A DNA stretch of 43,560 bases from Ministeria vibrans ATCC 50519 (Eukaryota; Protista; Filasterea). The notes under the pieces were generated by a model that saw only the letters and a list, made by a program, of their open reading frames with translations, was not told where the DNA came from and did no database searches. Of the stretch, positions 29,561 through 41,337 are shown one piece after another (positions within the stretch are counted from its first letter, which is position 1; every line of letters starts with the position of its first letter). The position numbers and the translations under genes are program-made. The DNA lies in the NCBI GenBank assembly GCA_943704425.1, contig CALSCP010000437.1, forward strand, positions 1 through 43,560, in the 5' to 3' direction.

Positions 29561-29601
29561 GAAGAAGAAGAAGACAACCCATTTATTAATGATACAGTTA
29601 C
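29561..29601 (-). mobile_element. Extremely 5'-truncated retrotransposon 3' end (copy 2) with a 16-bp target-site duplication
   Basis: (GAA)n-ACAACCCATTTATTAATGATACAGT is flanked by CAATAAGAAAATAGAA at 29545-29560 and 29602-29617. Confidence 0.85.
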
Positions 29602-29745
29602 CAATAAGAAAATAGAAAATACGTCTATTGAACTAGTCGTAACTCGCTTTGTTTTGTATATAGTTTTGTTTTGACATGAAAAGTTTTTCTAAGTCGTAAC
29701 TCGTTTCATTTCACTGATCACTCCTTTCTCTCTCTTCCCTATCGC

Positions 29746-30350
29746 ATGTCAGAAGTAGCCTTCACCACCCAGGTGCGATCGCTCCCTGCCTCCGCCAATG
29801 GCTTCCCTCTCAACCGCCCTTCCTTGCTCTTTAGGCTCACGTCTTTCGCATCGAACCCGGTTCAGGCGCATCGTGGACTCCGGTGGCCGCCGCGGCCGTC
29901 CCTATCTCGTTTGTACATGACAGAACAGCCTTTACAGCACGCATCGTCGCCACTAGCGGCAGCACAGTACGTTTTTCACCAGCTCGTTTTTGAAAAAAAA
30001 AAAAAGGGCAAACCCTCACGAAACGAGCGGTTTCCCATCGCCTTCCTCTGCTCTTAGGGTGTCGTCGACTGCCTGCTAGATGAAGAGGTTGCCTTCGCCA
30101 AGTCGTCACAGAAGTTTGGGCAGTGGGAGGACCCTGCGACGGGAGTTCTGTACGGCGTTGGGTTTGCGTCAGAACTGGATTTAGCAAAGGTAGCACACTG
30201 GAAGCGTATTTTCACGCATGCCATACGCTTGTAGGGAGGGGGGGGGGAGGGTGGTGGTGCCTGGTGCCCTGTATGAACCCACTCTTGACCTTTTTTATTT
30301 ATCACCTTCCTTCTTCCTCACTCACTCACTCTGTCTCTCTCTCTATCACT

Positions 30351-30386
<36 letters not shown>

Positions 30387-30388
30387 CT

Positions 30389-30482
<94 letters not shown>

Positions 30483-32058
30483 ATCTATCTATCTCTCTCT
30501 ATCTATCTATCTATCTCTGTTAACATTTTCTTTGCAGACCTCGAGTCAAAACGGAATGGAACAAACGATTTAACAATGCCAAACTGGGCGTATCCAAACC
30601 CACCAAAGTTACCACAGAGCCATCAAGTTCAAAGGGCGGAAAAGGTATTACACGAAACAAATTATTATGATTATTAAATTTCTTGTTTTCTTAGCATCAG
30701 TCACAACTGCTTCGACTGTTCCCTCTGGCACATTCTCGAGCACGGGCACAGCTGCTGAATCAGCACTTTCTCCTGATTTTAGACGAGTATGACACAAAAA
30801 AGAGAGCGTGTGAAAGTGTGATAGTAAGAATGAGTGGATTAACTGTGTTTGTGTTTTAGGCGTCAAAGAAATATGGTAAAAGTGTTGCTTCAGCAGATTC
30901 CACGAAGACTAGTAAAGAGATAACAGAAATTAATAATCGTTACTCATACTAATGTTTTCTTATAGCGTCAATATTAGGACACCATGAGACTGAGGCAGTG
31001 TTGGACGTAGACGACACTGTAACCTCGGAAATGGCAACCATGGCAACGGTCATGTCAATGATGCCCGATGAAGGGTACGCACACACGCACACGCATATGT
31101 TGTGCGTTTTCTGAGTGATACAAGATGTACTGTGTGTACTTATGTTTTGTGTACTTGATCACTCACATACATACACGCAGCGAGAGCGTGTGAGTGCGTA
31201 TGTGTGTATGTGTGCATTACTCGCCCTTCTCATCAGATTGACACTCGCTTTTTGTAGTGACTCGAGCGACGAAGATTCGGACAACTCGGCGCACTCTGAT
31301 GGGATTGACGATCTGGACGACACACAGGTCGAAGGAGCCTACCCTTTCTCTCCTGAAGCAAAGCGCAAGAAGCGACGGGAGCGCGAGAAGCGCAAGAAAG
31401 TGGGAGGAAGCGGTACAAGTGGAGCTACCATGTCACACTCACCGGACTACAACAAACGGGGCACAGTGCACAAGATGGACATGCTGGCGAATCCGGCGGC
31501 GGCCAAGGCTCGCGTGTCCAAGCGTGGTGAGATCCTTGATGGCCCTCTGCTCACCACCGACCCGGTCGATGAGTATGTCACGTCCCGCTCTGCAATGGAG
31601 TCTCTTGCTCCCCCCGTCAATCCCTTCCGCACTCAGTCTAGAAAATCTCGTGACTCCAGCGTAAGCCATTGCTTTGTCATTATAATAGTCTTATGACTAA
31701 CAATTTTTTTTGTTACTACACCATACTCGTCTAGGCTGTTCCTGCTTCTGAGATTCCAATGGTTGATCTTGAGCGCTCTCCGCGACACTCCAAACGACAC
31801 GAAATTGCTCATGCGGCAATCTCAGATGTACCCACAATTGCACACACACACACACATGAGCCAATTCTCACCCACTTTTCTTTTCAGCTGGACCTGTACA
31901 AGGTTGACGCCCCACCCCCTCCCACCAGCGAGGCCTTTGTCATGGACACCGAAGCCCGCACTCTTCAGGAAATGCAGTCTCGTGCTTCCATTGCCACTCG
32001 CTTTTCCGCTATCAACATCTCTCCATCAGATCTCCCTCAAAGCTCAAACAATGTCTAA
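29746..32058 (+). CDS. Homer-type EVH1 (WH1) domain protein with long low-complexity tail (multi-exon)
   Basis: Spliced exons give MSEVAFTTQ|AHVFRIEPGSGASWTPVAAAAVPISFVHDRTAFTARIVATSGST|GVVDCLLDEEVAFAKSSQKFGQWEDPATGVLYGVGFASELDLAK. This matches the Homer EVH1 pattern (AHVF.I.P....W.P, F.K.SQKFGQW.D....YG.GF.SE). Confidence 0.85.
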
Positions 32059-32765
32059 CGCACCTTATTATTTTCTGTACTCTGAATTAATATAATATTA
32101 TAAACAATCAACGTACTAATTTGTTTTTCGGATCTCTCTCATACATAAACCACTCCAAGAAAAGGTCATTAAATACAGCATCATACTCATTCGTCATTCC
32201 AATCCACATTGGTTTGCCATTCTTTTGTCTGTCTCAAAAACACATGCAATGCAATTCAAATACTGACATTATGAACAATCAAACAACAATAATAATTTCA
32301 AAAAAAAAACACTGTTTGTTTGGGAGAATCGCAGTCAAGGAAGCAAAACGCGAAAGGGGGTGTGGCGAAGAAAATTTATCTTATAAATTAGTGAACTACA
32401 CCGGTGGAGTTTTATCGGCGATTAAGCGCATTCTTTTGTTTTTTCTTTATGTTTTGTCTTTGTTTATCAATATCAAATATGGCTGAGCGCAAAATGCGCA
32501 AAATGTAATTACCCCCCTCAAAAATAAAAAGTAAGCTGCTGGGTCTTGCGCAAATGTAAAGGTAATTTAGGGATGTGAAACCAGAAACAACGAACGTTGT
32601 ACAAGCCCATTCTTGTTCTTTTTCATCCATTCAGATCATTATTAATTATTTCTTACAGCTCTTCTTAATTTATTTTCTTTCATTTTTTGTTGATACACAC
32701 GCTCGCTTGCACCTCATCCCGTAACGTCACCTGACTGTGAACTGTCTTCAAGCATACAATCGGAG

Positions 32766-33743
32766 ATGGCCTCTCGACTGTCATCGCTTTCCCTGAGCGA
32801 GTCCGACGAGGAGCATCGGCCACTGTCGACTGCCGTTGGCACTCCCCGAGCATACCGGGCACCTCCGGCCTTCTCGGAGCCCAGCACGGACGACGACGAT
32901 GCCGAGGAGGAGTACAGCGACGCCGATGCGGCCGACATGCCCGACGACGGCCGTGGTCGTCGCTTGAACTTTGACGCATTTGAATCGCCGTCGCAACCCG
33001 CACGTCTGCTGATCTCGCGCGCATCGTCGCATGCGCCCTCGCCGGCACGCTCCCCTGTCACACACCGCGTTCCCGAGCTCATTCCAAGCTGGCTCAGCCC
33101 CGCACGACGACCGCAAGCGCCAAAGCGGATGCCGCAGTCTTTCAAACACTCACCAATGCCGACCAACAGTTCCCTCTCGGCAACATACAGCAAGCCTGCG
33201 CCGGACCCTGCCTCGTCGCTGGGTGCCCCCCGATCCCAAACCTATTCTCATGCGTATCTAGTGGACCAATCCGCCAGAGACAGTCCCTTGCGGCGTCCCG
33301 ACGAGCGACTGTTGCGTTCGCTTCGTGACGAGATTGCCTCGCTGCACGACGAGCGCTTGCATGCCCAAGACCAATGGCTTGCGCGTCTCCACCGTTTAGA
33401 ATCTTCAGTAGAAGCTCTGGAGCGCGCATCCCAGAGGGACAAGCAACGACCGCACGACACTACTATCGACCGTCAACGAGCGCCCTCCTTTGCCACTCCG
33501 CACCGCGCCCACCGTCTCCCCCACCACCACCACCACCATCGTCAGCCCGACGTATCCACAGTCGATCCAACCAATTTAGAGTCTCTTCGTCGCACCAATG
33601 ACCTCCTTCTCTCCCAGCTCGAGCAACAGACAGAGCGTCTCCAGTCGACTGTTCTCTCCTCTTCCTTTACACCCTATTCTCCCGTACGCATCCACCAACA
33701 TATCGAAAGAAAACAGAAAATGCCTTGCGGAATAAGATTGTAA
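32766..33743 (+). CDS. Hypothetical Ser/Pro-rich protein with C-terminal coiled coil
   Basis: 325-aa GC-rich ORF with acidic N-terminus and heptad-like LRSLRDEIASLHDERLHAQDQWLARLHRLESSVEALE. No family recognised, and the 3' end is uncertain. Confidence 0.6.
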   Translation: MASRLSSLSLSESDEEHRPLSTAVGTPRAYRAPPAFSEPSTDDDDAEEEYSDADAADMPDDGRGRRLNFDAFESPSQPARLLISRASSHAPSPARSPVTHRVPELIPSWLSPARRPQAPKRMPQSFKHSPMPTNSSLSATYSKPAPDPASSLGAPRSQTYSHAYLVDQSARDSPLRRPDERLLRSLRDEIASLHDERLHAQDQWLARLHRLESSVEALERASQRDKQRPHDTTIDRQRAPSFATPHRAHRLPHHHHHHRQPDVSTVDPTNLESLRRTNDLLLSQLEQQTERLQSTVLSSSFTPYSPVRIHQHIERKQKMPCGIRL

Positions 33744-33889
33744 CCCCTCTTCTTTTCTTATAGATGTCCTCTTATTGATAAACGGAAAGACTAAAGTTTA
33801 TTGAATTAATCAAAAAGAGAGTGAGAGAGACAAGTGATCGAGAGCCGACAAGACCAAACAAAAACGAAAGAAAGAGAGAAAAGGTGCTC

Positions 33890-34253
33890 TTATGCAGCAT
33901 TGGCGAGAGAGTAAAGGACATTGAGGAGGGACTGAGCAGCACTACGAGGGTCGTACATATCCAGAGTAATCCCACCCAAATGCTAAAGGTAGAGAGTAAG
34001 TGAGTGAGTCACAGTGAGACAGTGAGATATGAGTCTCAGTGAGACATTGACAAAGAGACAATGAGTCACAGAGAAACAACGAATAAGAGCAAGCGTATGA
34101 TAGAGCGACAGAGAGCGAGTGAGTAAAGAGACACTACGAGTATATTCTTGTTCTATTCACCTTCAGATTGAGATGAAGTGCGGTAGATTCGTGATTGGAA
34201 CTTAGAATGTCTCCAAATTTCGATTCCCAAAGAACCTATCGCACAAAAACAAA

Positions 34254-34322
<69 letters not shown>

Positions 34323-34995
34323 GGAGAAAGAAACAAAGTGATAGAGAGAGGGAGAAAGAAGGGAATGAGGGAGAAAACAGAGCGTGTGTTGACGAGGGTA
34401 CCACTCCATCTTTGTCAGTAGTGCGCAAACCAGAGTCATGACAGACTTCAAAGACAACGGGACGGCCATTGACACTGGAGTGGAAGGGGGCGAGAGGAGT
34501 TCACGAATGATACATTAGGGTTAGGGTTAGTACATATGTTATTTTACACTTGTCATCAAGGTGAGGGTTATCTTACAATGCGTCAAATTTGAGTGAGTCG
34601 ACCTTTCCCATTCCCGTCGTCAGTGCAATCTCAATTGCGTCACACCAGTCATCACAATGCGTCACAGTCTCTGTATCACACAAACACACTATTAATGCAG
34701 TACACACAATATACCTTCAGGAATCATAATATTTATACAAAACAATCATACACACCAAACACAACACACGCAAAGATATTTTTGCAATCTGTATACCAGC
34801 ACTAAAGTAATAAAGTTGGCCCTTTGCGGAGATGAGCGCGAAACAGCCATTGCGCCGGTCGTACTGGTGCTGTCCCTCCATTGTGCGCAGTCGTGTGTCA
34901 CTTAGCGCCAAGCACAGTTGGCTATCTTGCAGTTCTTCCGATTTGCCCTGAGTGTGCGTGAGTGTCGTATGTGAGTACAAGTGTGAGTGCCCATG

Positions 34996-35051
<56 letters not shown>

Positions 35052-36844
35052 TTCTCATTTTGTTCCTCTCTCTCTATAATCGTACCGGTGCGACTCCTGA
35101 GAACACATTGAGGTCATAGTCCGTCAGCACCACATACACCCACCGCCATTTCCCGCCCGTGATTTGCTGCGACAGCCACCCACACTTCACTGCCTTTCCT
35201 GTGAATGGTGCAGGCGCATTGCTCTTCACAAGCTACATGGATGTGATTGTGCAAGTGACAATGAGATCGATATGAAAATTGTGTTGTGATTTTGACGCAC
35301 TGTTTTCACAAAGAGGTTGGAGAGACGCTCTGCTGCGGTGTAAATGGCCTGGTACCACTCATACGCCTCTTCTGTCGTGTTGAAGTGCAATGCGGCACTG
35401 CGTTGCAAGACTCACAGATTAATATTGAGCATTCCAACTTGACTCTCTATCTACTCCATTTACCCAAATGAGCCGCCGTCGCTTGCTCTGAGAAACACAC
35501 TAAGATTGCTGCACTTGTCTCCGTCTGCTGTGGTAAACTGGGAAACACTGATGCGATGCAGAGAAATACGCACAACATCCTCAAGAGACGCACCATCAGG
35601 CTACGAAAAGAGGGACGATGATGAGGGCTAGGGCTAAGGGTAAATTTTGTTCTCACCAGAGTAAGAGAATCTGATTTGTTAAGGCTTTTGGTCGAGCGAT
35701 CGAGCTCCGATGCAGCTACTCCAATGCTGCCTACAACTGTCTGGTCACTTCCACTTGTTGTGCCTGGCACTGCAAAAATAAAATAAAATAAAATAAAATC
35801 AACAATCTATCAATCAAAATCACAACATCTCCATCATTTTTCGCACTGGAACGCTTGAAGTGACGCAATTTCAACACGGCCGCTTGCCCAACACTCTTTA
35901 GCGCAGCGACTGCTTCGTCGTGCGAAGCGTCCACGAGATTGTGCTCGTTGACAGCAAGAATCTGCAGATTGAAAGAAGAACACCAATCAATAGTTTGTAC
36001 AAGCGCACTATCGGCACTTACAATGTCTCCAGCGTGCACCTGCCCGGTTCGGTCAGCCGCGCCGTTTGCAAACACACGCGAAATCAGAACAGGCAAGTTG
36101 TGTTCACGTCCGCCCTGAGTACGATAATGAATAGTGAGTGATGTGGAGTGACGGGAGCATAAGGAAGAATGACTCTCGCTTGATTGAGAGTCACTTGAAA
36201 GTTCTCTGCTCTCTTACCTTAATGCTGAAATCCAGGCCGGTGCCGCTCTTGGTGACGCTCACGGTCACTTCTTCAACATCGACGCTGTCCTGCGTGGCTG
36301 CTGTTGCCTTGGCCTGTCAGTGCCAAACACAGTCACAAAATGTACAAAAACGCCTCTCCTCTCTTCCCCTCGGCGACTCTGCCCCTGCTACCTTCTTGGC
36401 AATCAATTTCTCGCCTGTGAGTTGGATGTAGACACGCGCCGGTGGCTTGGGTGCCTATTCAAGAGAGGTTTTTTGAAGGTTTTTTTTCCATTTTGAATCC
36501 AAGTTTGAAAAAAGAACGACAAACGCAATGCCAAACGCGACGAAGGCCAGGGATAGGGTGCAACACAGCAGCGGGCACGGCCACCCAGCCCACGCAGTGA
36601 GGGAGAAGGAAAGGAGAACACAAAAGACAAAAAGCACATCTTTTTTTTTGACACTGATGCGACAGTTGCGACCGAATGGGCTTACTCTATTGGGCAACGC
36701 CAGCTGTAGGTGGCACCAGATTGCCTGGATGGACGAGGGGGCGCCAATGTGGCGCGAGAGAGTCAGTCAGAGGGGAAAAGGGGTTTCCATTTTCATTCTT
36801 GCCTTAGTGACTGCTGCACCGCTTGTGCCCGAGTTGGACGCCAT
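33890..36844 (-). CDS. Syntrophin (split PH - PDZ - PH - SU; multi-exon)
   Basis: RVYIQLTGEKLIAKK (PH-N). PDZ: VTVSVTKSGTGLDFSIK|GGREHNLPVLISRVFANGAADRTGQVHAGDI|ILAVNEHNLVDASHDEAVAALKSVG...LKLRHFK. Second PH: AVKCGWLSQQ...WRWVYVVLTDYDLNVF. SU-like end: VLWESKFGDI...GGITLDMYDPRSAQSLLNVLYSL. Confidence 0.88.
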
Positions 36845-36924
36845 GGAGAATGCGACGAGTCTCAACAAAGAACAGGGGATGAGGAAAAGCGATGTGACTG
36901 AAGTCTTTCGTTCGTCTTTCGTCT

Positions 36925-37597
36925 AAATAGTAATTAATAGAAGAAGAAGAATACAACCCATTTATTATAGTAATTAATAGAAGAAGAAGAATACAACCCA
37001 TTTATTAATGATACAGTCACCACGCGAAGACACAGCCAGACCGCCTTGCAAACTCGACCGAAACTCTAGAGGTAACATGGGAGAACAGTGGCAGGTCATA
37101 GTGCTGTGTCGACGCTATCCAGTGAGGCAATCGCAATGGTACGCCATACCCCCAGAGGAGGCTTAGGGCTCTGACACCATGAAGGTGTCTGTCGGCAAGG
37201 AGTGTAAAGTCGAAGTCGTGGTTGAGGCAATCGGATCGGTGGTCGGCGGCGGCAAGTCCAGGTGGCTGCGGGGCGCTCCCGTGGTACACAGGCGGGGCGG
37301 GTCGGCTGTAGGGCGGCTGGTGTGCTTCGTGACTGTGTGTTAGATTATGAGGATAGAGNNNNNNNNNNNNNNNNNNNNNNNNNNNNNNNNNNNNNNNNNN
37401 NNNNNNNNNNNNNNNNNNNNNNNNNNNNNNNNNNNNNNNNNNNNNNNNNNNNNNNNNNNNNNNNNNNNNNNNNNNNNNNNNNNNNNNNNNNNNNNNNNNN
37501 NNNNNNNNNNNNNNNNNNNNNNNNNNNNNNNNNNNNNNNNNNNNNNNNNNNNNNNNNNNNNNNNNNNNNNNNNNNNNNNNNNNNNNNNNNNNNGCAG

Positions 37598-37628
<31 letters not shown>

Positions 37629-38060
37629 GGCTGTCGGATGGCTGCGCACGCCCGACACCGGAACGTGTCGACCGACGCGCCGGCGGGGATGTTGAAGCGC
37701 GCAAAGGCTGGGCCCGCCATGCCCCAGCTGATGCAGGTGGTGCCCGTGATGAGTGCGTTGCAGCGCAGCAGTAGCAGCACTTGCCCCGATCTCTTCGGCA
37801 TCTTGCTCAGGTACTTGGATGTGCTCAGTGGGTTGTACCTCCTGTCTTTGAGTGGCGACGCGCTCGTAGGTCCGCTGAGGCTGGGCGTGTCTTGGAGACG
37901 CGCTCGCCACTCGTTTGTGGACAGACTCTCCGCTGCCTTCACGAGCTCGCCGTCCTTGACACGGTCGTAGCACAGGACCCGTCTTGCTGGCGCCCCCGCC
38001 GGCATTGGGTGCAGCGTCTCGAGCGTGTTGAGGATTGACAGCGGTCGTCTGATGGAAAGA
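36925..38060 (-). mobile_element. Longest copy of the non-LTR retrotransposon (copy 3): ORF2-like C-terminal fragment, N-gap, 3' region, AATAAA and ~40-bp tandem-repeat tail
   Basis: Minus-strand ORF ...EWRARLQ...YNPLSTSKYL...LLLLRCNAL...CRAC resembles the post-RT C-terminal region of LINE ORF2. The 3' ~330 bp is shared with 41015-41337. The tail unit TAATAAATGGGTTGTATTCTTCTTCTTCTATTAATTACTA occurs twice. The 5' boundary is uncertain. Confidence 0.7.
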
Positions 38061-38137
38061 CACTCATTGCACACTCTGAAGAGGGAAGTCAGACTGAATG
38101 GCCCACTCATGAGCTCAACATTCCGTAAGAGCAAATT

Positions 38138-40660
38138 GTGATGGTGTTCTTTTACTCATTCGTTTCTCATGCCAGTGGCATTGTCCGTCCCTCCGACATT
38201 GCGTTCTCTGCGGCACTGGCTCGTGGGTCAGTGATCAGTCGGTCGATCAAAGTGCTGTTCTTGGGTGCGACTGAGGCGGGCAAGACTGCTCTGTTGGCTG
38301 TGCTGAGGGGCGAGACACTGCCGGAGGAGGAGGACCGGTCAGTGGCAACGCGCATGCACAAACTGCGGATGGTCTTTGACGAGGGAACGGGTGTGTTTGT
38401 GAGTGTGCCGGTGGAGGAGTTCCATCTGCGGAGTGTGATGGGAGTGAAGGCGGAGGAGAAGGAAGAGGAAGTGGTGGAGGAAAGGAGCAGCGGTGGTGGA
38501 GAGACATCTGGACCATCAGGAGTGACACCTCTGCCTCATCACTCACCAAGCACAACTGCGCCTGTTGCGACTGCTTCAGCGCCCTCCACCGACGCTGGAC
38601 CCTCAAGTGTCAGCAGCGCACCATCTCCCACTTCAACCTCTGTCTCACCTTCGCCTGAGCCCACAATTTCTCCCGAGATGGCGTTTGTGCGAGGACTGTT
38701 GGAGAGTGAGCTGCGGGAAGAGCATGTTGACATGGACACGTTTGACTTTGCAGGTAAGATGAAATACATCCAGTGTTGTCTCCGTTTCTCATTGTTGTGT
38801 ACAGGCGAGTCGATGTACGATTCACTTCCAGCTCTGTTCATGGGGTCCAAGTCGGTGTACGTCCTTGTCTTCGACCTGTCCGTCATGCTCAACGCCATTC
38901 TCGCTCAGCGACAGTACGAGCACCTGTCGAAGTGGGCGCACATCATTGCGCACCAGGTGCCCACCACTGCCAAGTCATACTTTCGTGTGATCATTGTGGG
39001 CACACACATCGACACCTTCCCCAACAACACCGTCCCCAATGACCTCGTTTCGCTTGTCTCTGGTGAGATTCTGCGTCTGGACGGACCTGTGCTTGGCAGT
39101 CATCTGATGATGCCACGCGAGACGCCGGGTGTGCCGTTCTTCCAGGTGGGCAGCCGTGCGGGTCTTGGGCTGGGAGCAGTGAGCACGGCGATGCACAAGG
39201 CTGTGCGTGATCGCACACTGCCACTTGAGTTTGTGGCGGCACAGGATCTGATTGGACGATGGGCGCGAATGGGACGTGTGTCACTGCTGTCGAGTGTGAG
39301 TTCACTGGACACACTTGAGCTCAACGACGACCCACCAGTGCGACTGGGTGGGATGTTGACGAGTGAAAGCGCGATACGAGAGGGACTTGTGCCGTATCTG
39401 GAGAGTGCTGCGGACATTCTGGTGTGTCGTGAGGATGCGACGAGTGAGGCTGTGAGAGGGACGGACACGATTGTGTTTGATGTGCCACGACTGATTGGTG
39501 CGTTGGAACTGTTGTGCTCGGTGGTGATGGCGCAGTGGGGACGAGCGACGAGCAGGCGAGCGCAGGCGATGTTGCGAGAGGTGATCGCGGCGGGACTGGC
39601 GCATGCAGACGACGGGATGAGACGGACGACACGACTTCTCGAGGAGTTGGACATGTCAAAAGAGCAGTCTGAGTGTGGATTTCCTGCGGAGGTGGCAGAG
39701 TGGTTGGTGTGGACTGCGCCATCGAGTCGTGCAGGGGATATGATTGCGGTTCCAGCTGAGACTGGGGCAAAGGTACAAACTGTGCCAGCCCCTGTTGAGG
39801 CTCCACCAGTGCCCATCGCATCGCCCTCTGAGCCTACAAAACCTCTTTCGTTCTGGGCAAGGTTGTTTAACAAGTCATCGACAGTGGCCGTTCACGCCAG
39901 TGCACCGTCAATCTTACCCCCACCTGAGTTTGACCCTCCAACAGCCCCTGAGGCCGATCTTGTCCCTCTCCTTGCTGGTGCCGACGTCACCGACGTCCCC
40001 TCCTTCATGCTCTCTCTCGAACGTCTGAGTCTCGTCCTCCGTCGCGGCGATCGTCTCTTTGTGCCCATGCTCCTCCCCAACCACGCTCCCTTCCTCAACA
40101 TCCCCGTCCCTCTTCCCGTCCAACTCTTCCTCTACCAGTTTGTCAACAACGAACTGCTTCCCGTCTCACTCGTGACCTTCCACCTTCTGATGGTGGCGCT
40201 GTGGCGTACATCGCTGCTCAACAGTCCCATTCGAGCGACACAGCGATGCACCAATGCCATAACAATGGCGGAGTGTGCGCCCGTGCGACTGCGACTCAAT
40301 CCCAACGAGTCGTTTGTGCGCATCGAGGTGATGGACGACAGTGACGCGGAGCGAGTGCAACGCACCGTTGAGCAGATCTGTGTGGACGTGTGTGGGCAGA
40401 CTCGGTCACTGCGATGGGGCTGGCGTGGCACTCCTGTGCTTGTGCCGGCACATCCCCACAGGAGCAACTCGCCACTGTTCCCACCGAAAGAGGTCGCGCG
40501 CTCTCCGTTGCACTACCGACGAATGGAGAGTGTGTGTGCGGAGATGGCAGCGCACCCTGGCGAGCGACAGTGCAACGAGCGACTGGAAGAGTGGTGGGTG
40601 CCCACTCAGGCGACACGTAAGGAAGGGAAACTACAAACATTCAATCCTCATTCACTTTGA
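38138..40660 (+). CDS. Roc-type (Roco family-like) P-loop GTPase with COR-like C-terminal region; one in-frame intron at ~38755-38805; start uncertain
   Basis: IKVLFLGATEAGKTALL (G1), FDFAG|ESMYDSLPALF (G3), SVYVLVFDLS, W..II, VIIVGTHID (G4), and COR-like LFVPMLLP. Confidence 0.72.
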   Translation: MMVFFYSFVSHASGIVRPSDIAFSAALARGSVISRSIKVLFLGATEAGKTALLAVLRGETLPEEEDRSVATRMHKLRMVFDEGTGVFVSVPVEEFHLRSVMGVKAEEKEEEVVEERSSGGGETSGPSGVTPLPHHSPSTTAPVATASAPSTDAGPSSVSSAPSPTSTSVSPSPEPTISPEMAFVRGLLESELREEHVDMDTFDFAGKMKYIQCCLRFSLLCTGESMYDSLPALFMGSKSVYVLVFDLSVMLNAILAQRQYEHLSKWAHIIAHQVPTTAKSYFRVIIVGTHIDTFPNNTVPNDLVSLVSGEILRLDGPVLGSHLMMPRETPGVPFFQVGSRAGLGLGAVSTAMHKAVRDRTLPLEFVAAQDLIGRWARMGRVSLLSSVSSLDTLELNDDPPVRLGGMLTSESAIREGLVPYLESAADILVCREDATSEAVRGTDTIVFDVPRLIGALELLCSVVMAQWGRATSRRAQAMLREVIAAGLAHADDGMRRTTRLLEELDMSKEQSECGFPAEVAEWLVWTAPSSRAGDMIAVPAETGAKVQTVPAPVEAPPVPIASPSEPTKPLSFWARLFNKSSTVAVHASAPSILPPPEFDPPTAPEADLVPLLAGADVTDVPSFMLSLERLSLVLRRGDRLFVPMLLPNHAPFLNIPVPLPVQLFLYQFVNNELLPVSLVTFHLLMVALWRTSLLNSPIRATQRCTNAITMAECAPVRLRLNPNESFVRIEVMDDSDAERVQRTVEQICVDVCGQTRSLRWGWRGTPVLVPAHPHRSNSPLFPPKEVARSPLHYRRMESVCAEMAAHPGERQCNERLEEWWVPTQATRKEGKLQTFNPHSL

Positions 40661-41014
40661 TTTGCAGATGTCTGTGTCCCTCCGGCGTTCACACACGCGG
40701 CAGCACTGATTGTTGGGGTGAGTCGGTATGGCAAGGACGTCAATCCTTTGCTTGAAGCGAAGGAAGAAAAAAAAAGAAAGAGAGAGAAAGAAAGAGAAGG
40801 AAAGAGAAAGAGAGAGAGAACAACAGCCAGCAGCAGCGCCAAAAAGAAAAAAAAACTACGAAGACTGAAGAAAACAAGAACAATGAAATAGAAGAGGGTT
40901 ACGCTAAAGAATACGATCAATTTTTTGACTAAAAGTCTCATATTGAATATCGGCAAATGAGGCGGAAAGTTTACTAAAATGAGAAGAGTGTAGACCAAGT
41001 ATCATTAATTTTGT

Positions 41015-41337
41015 CCGTGTACCCACGGGAGCGCCCTCCGCAGCCACCTGGACTTGCCGCCGCCGACCACCGATCCGATTGCCTCAACCACGACTTCGAC
41101 TTTACACTCCTTGCCGACAGACACCTTCATGGTGTCAGAGCCCTAAGCCTCCTCTGGGGGTATGGCGTACCATTGCGATTGCCTCACTGGATAGCGTCGA
41201 CACAGCACTATGACCTGCCACTGCTCTCCCATGTTACCTCTAGAGTTTCGGTTCAAGGCGGTCTGGCGTGTGTCTTCGCGTGGTGACTGAATCATTAATA
41301 AATGTGGGTTGTATTTTCGTTGTATTCTTCTTCTTCT
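41015..41337 (+). mobile_element. 5'-truncated non-LTR retrotransposon (copy 4) with a 13-bp target-site duplication
   Basis: Reverse-complement match to ~36985-37290 with small indels. It ends AATAAA...TTGTA(TTC)n and is flanked by TCATTAATTTTGT at 41002-41014 and 41338-41350. Confidence 0.9.

Noticed and set aside
34515-34530. TTAGGGTTAGGGTTAG telomere-like repeat
   Set aside because: Under three units, inside a syntrophin intron; not a chromosome end.
36925-37010. ~40-bp direct repeats (also 43361-43490) superficially like a CRISPR array
   Set aside because: No unique spacers, eukaryotic context, and they are the retrotransposon tail.
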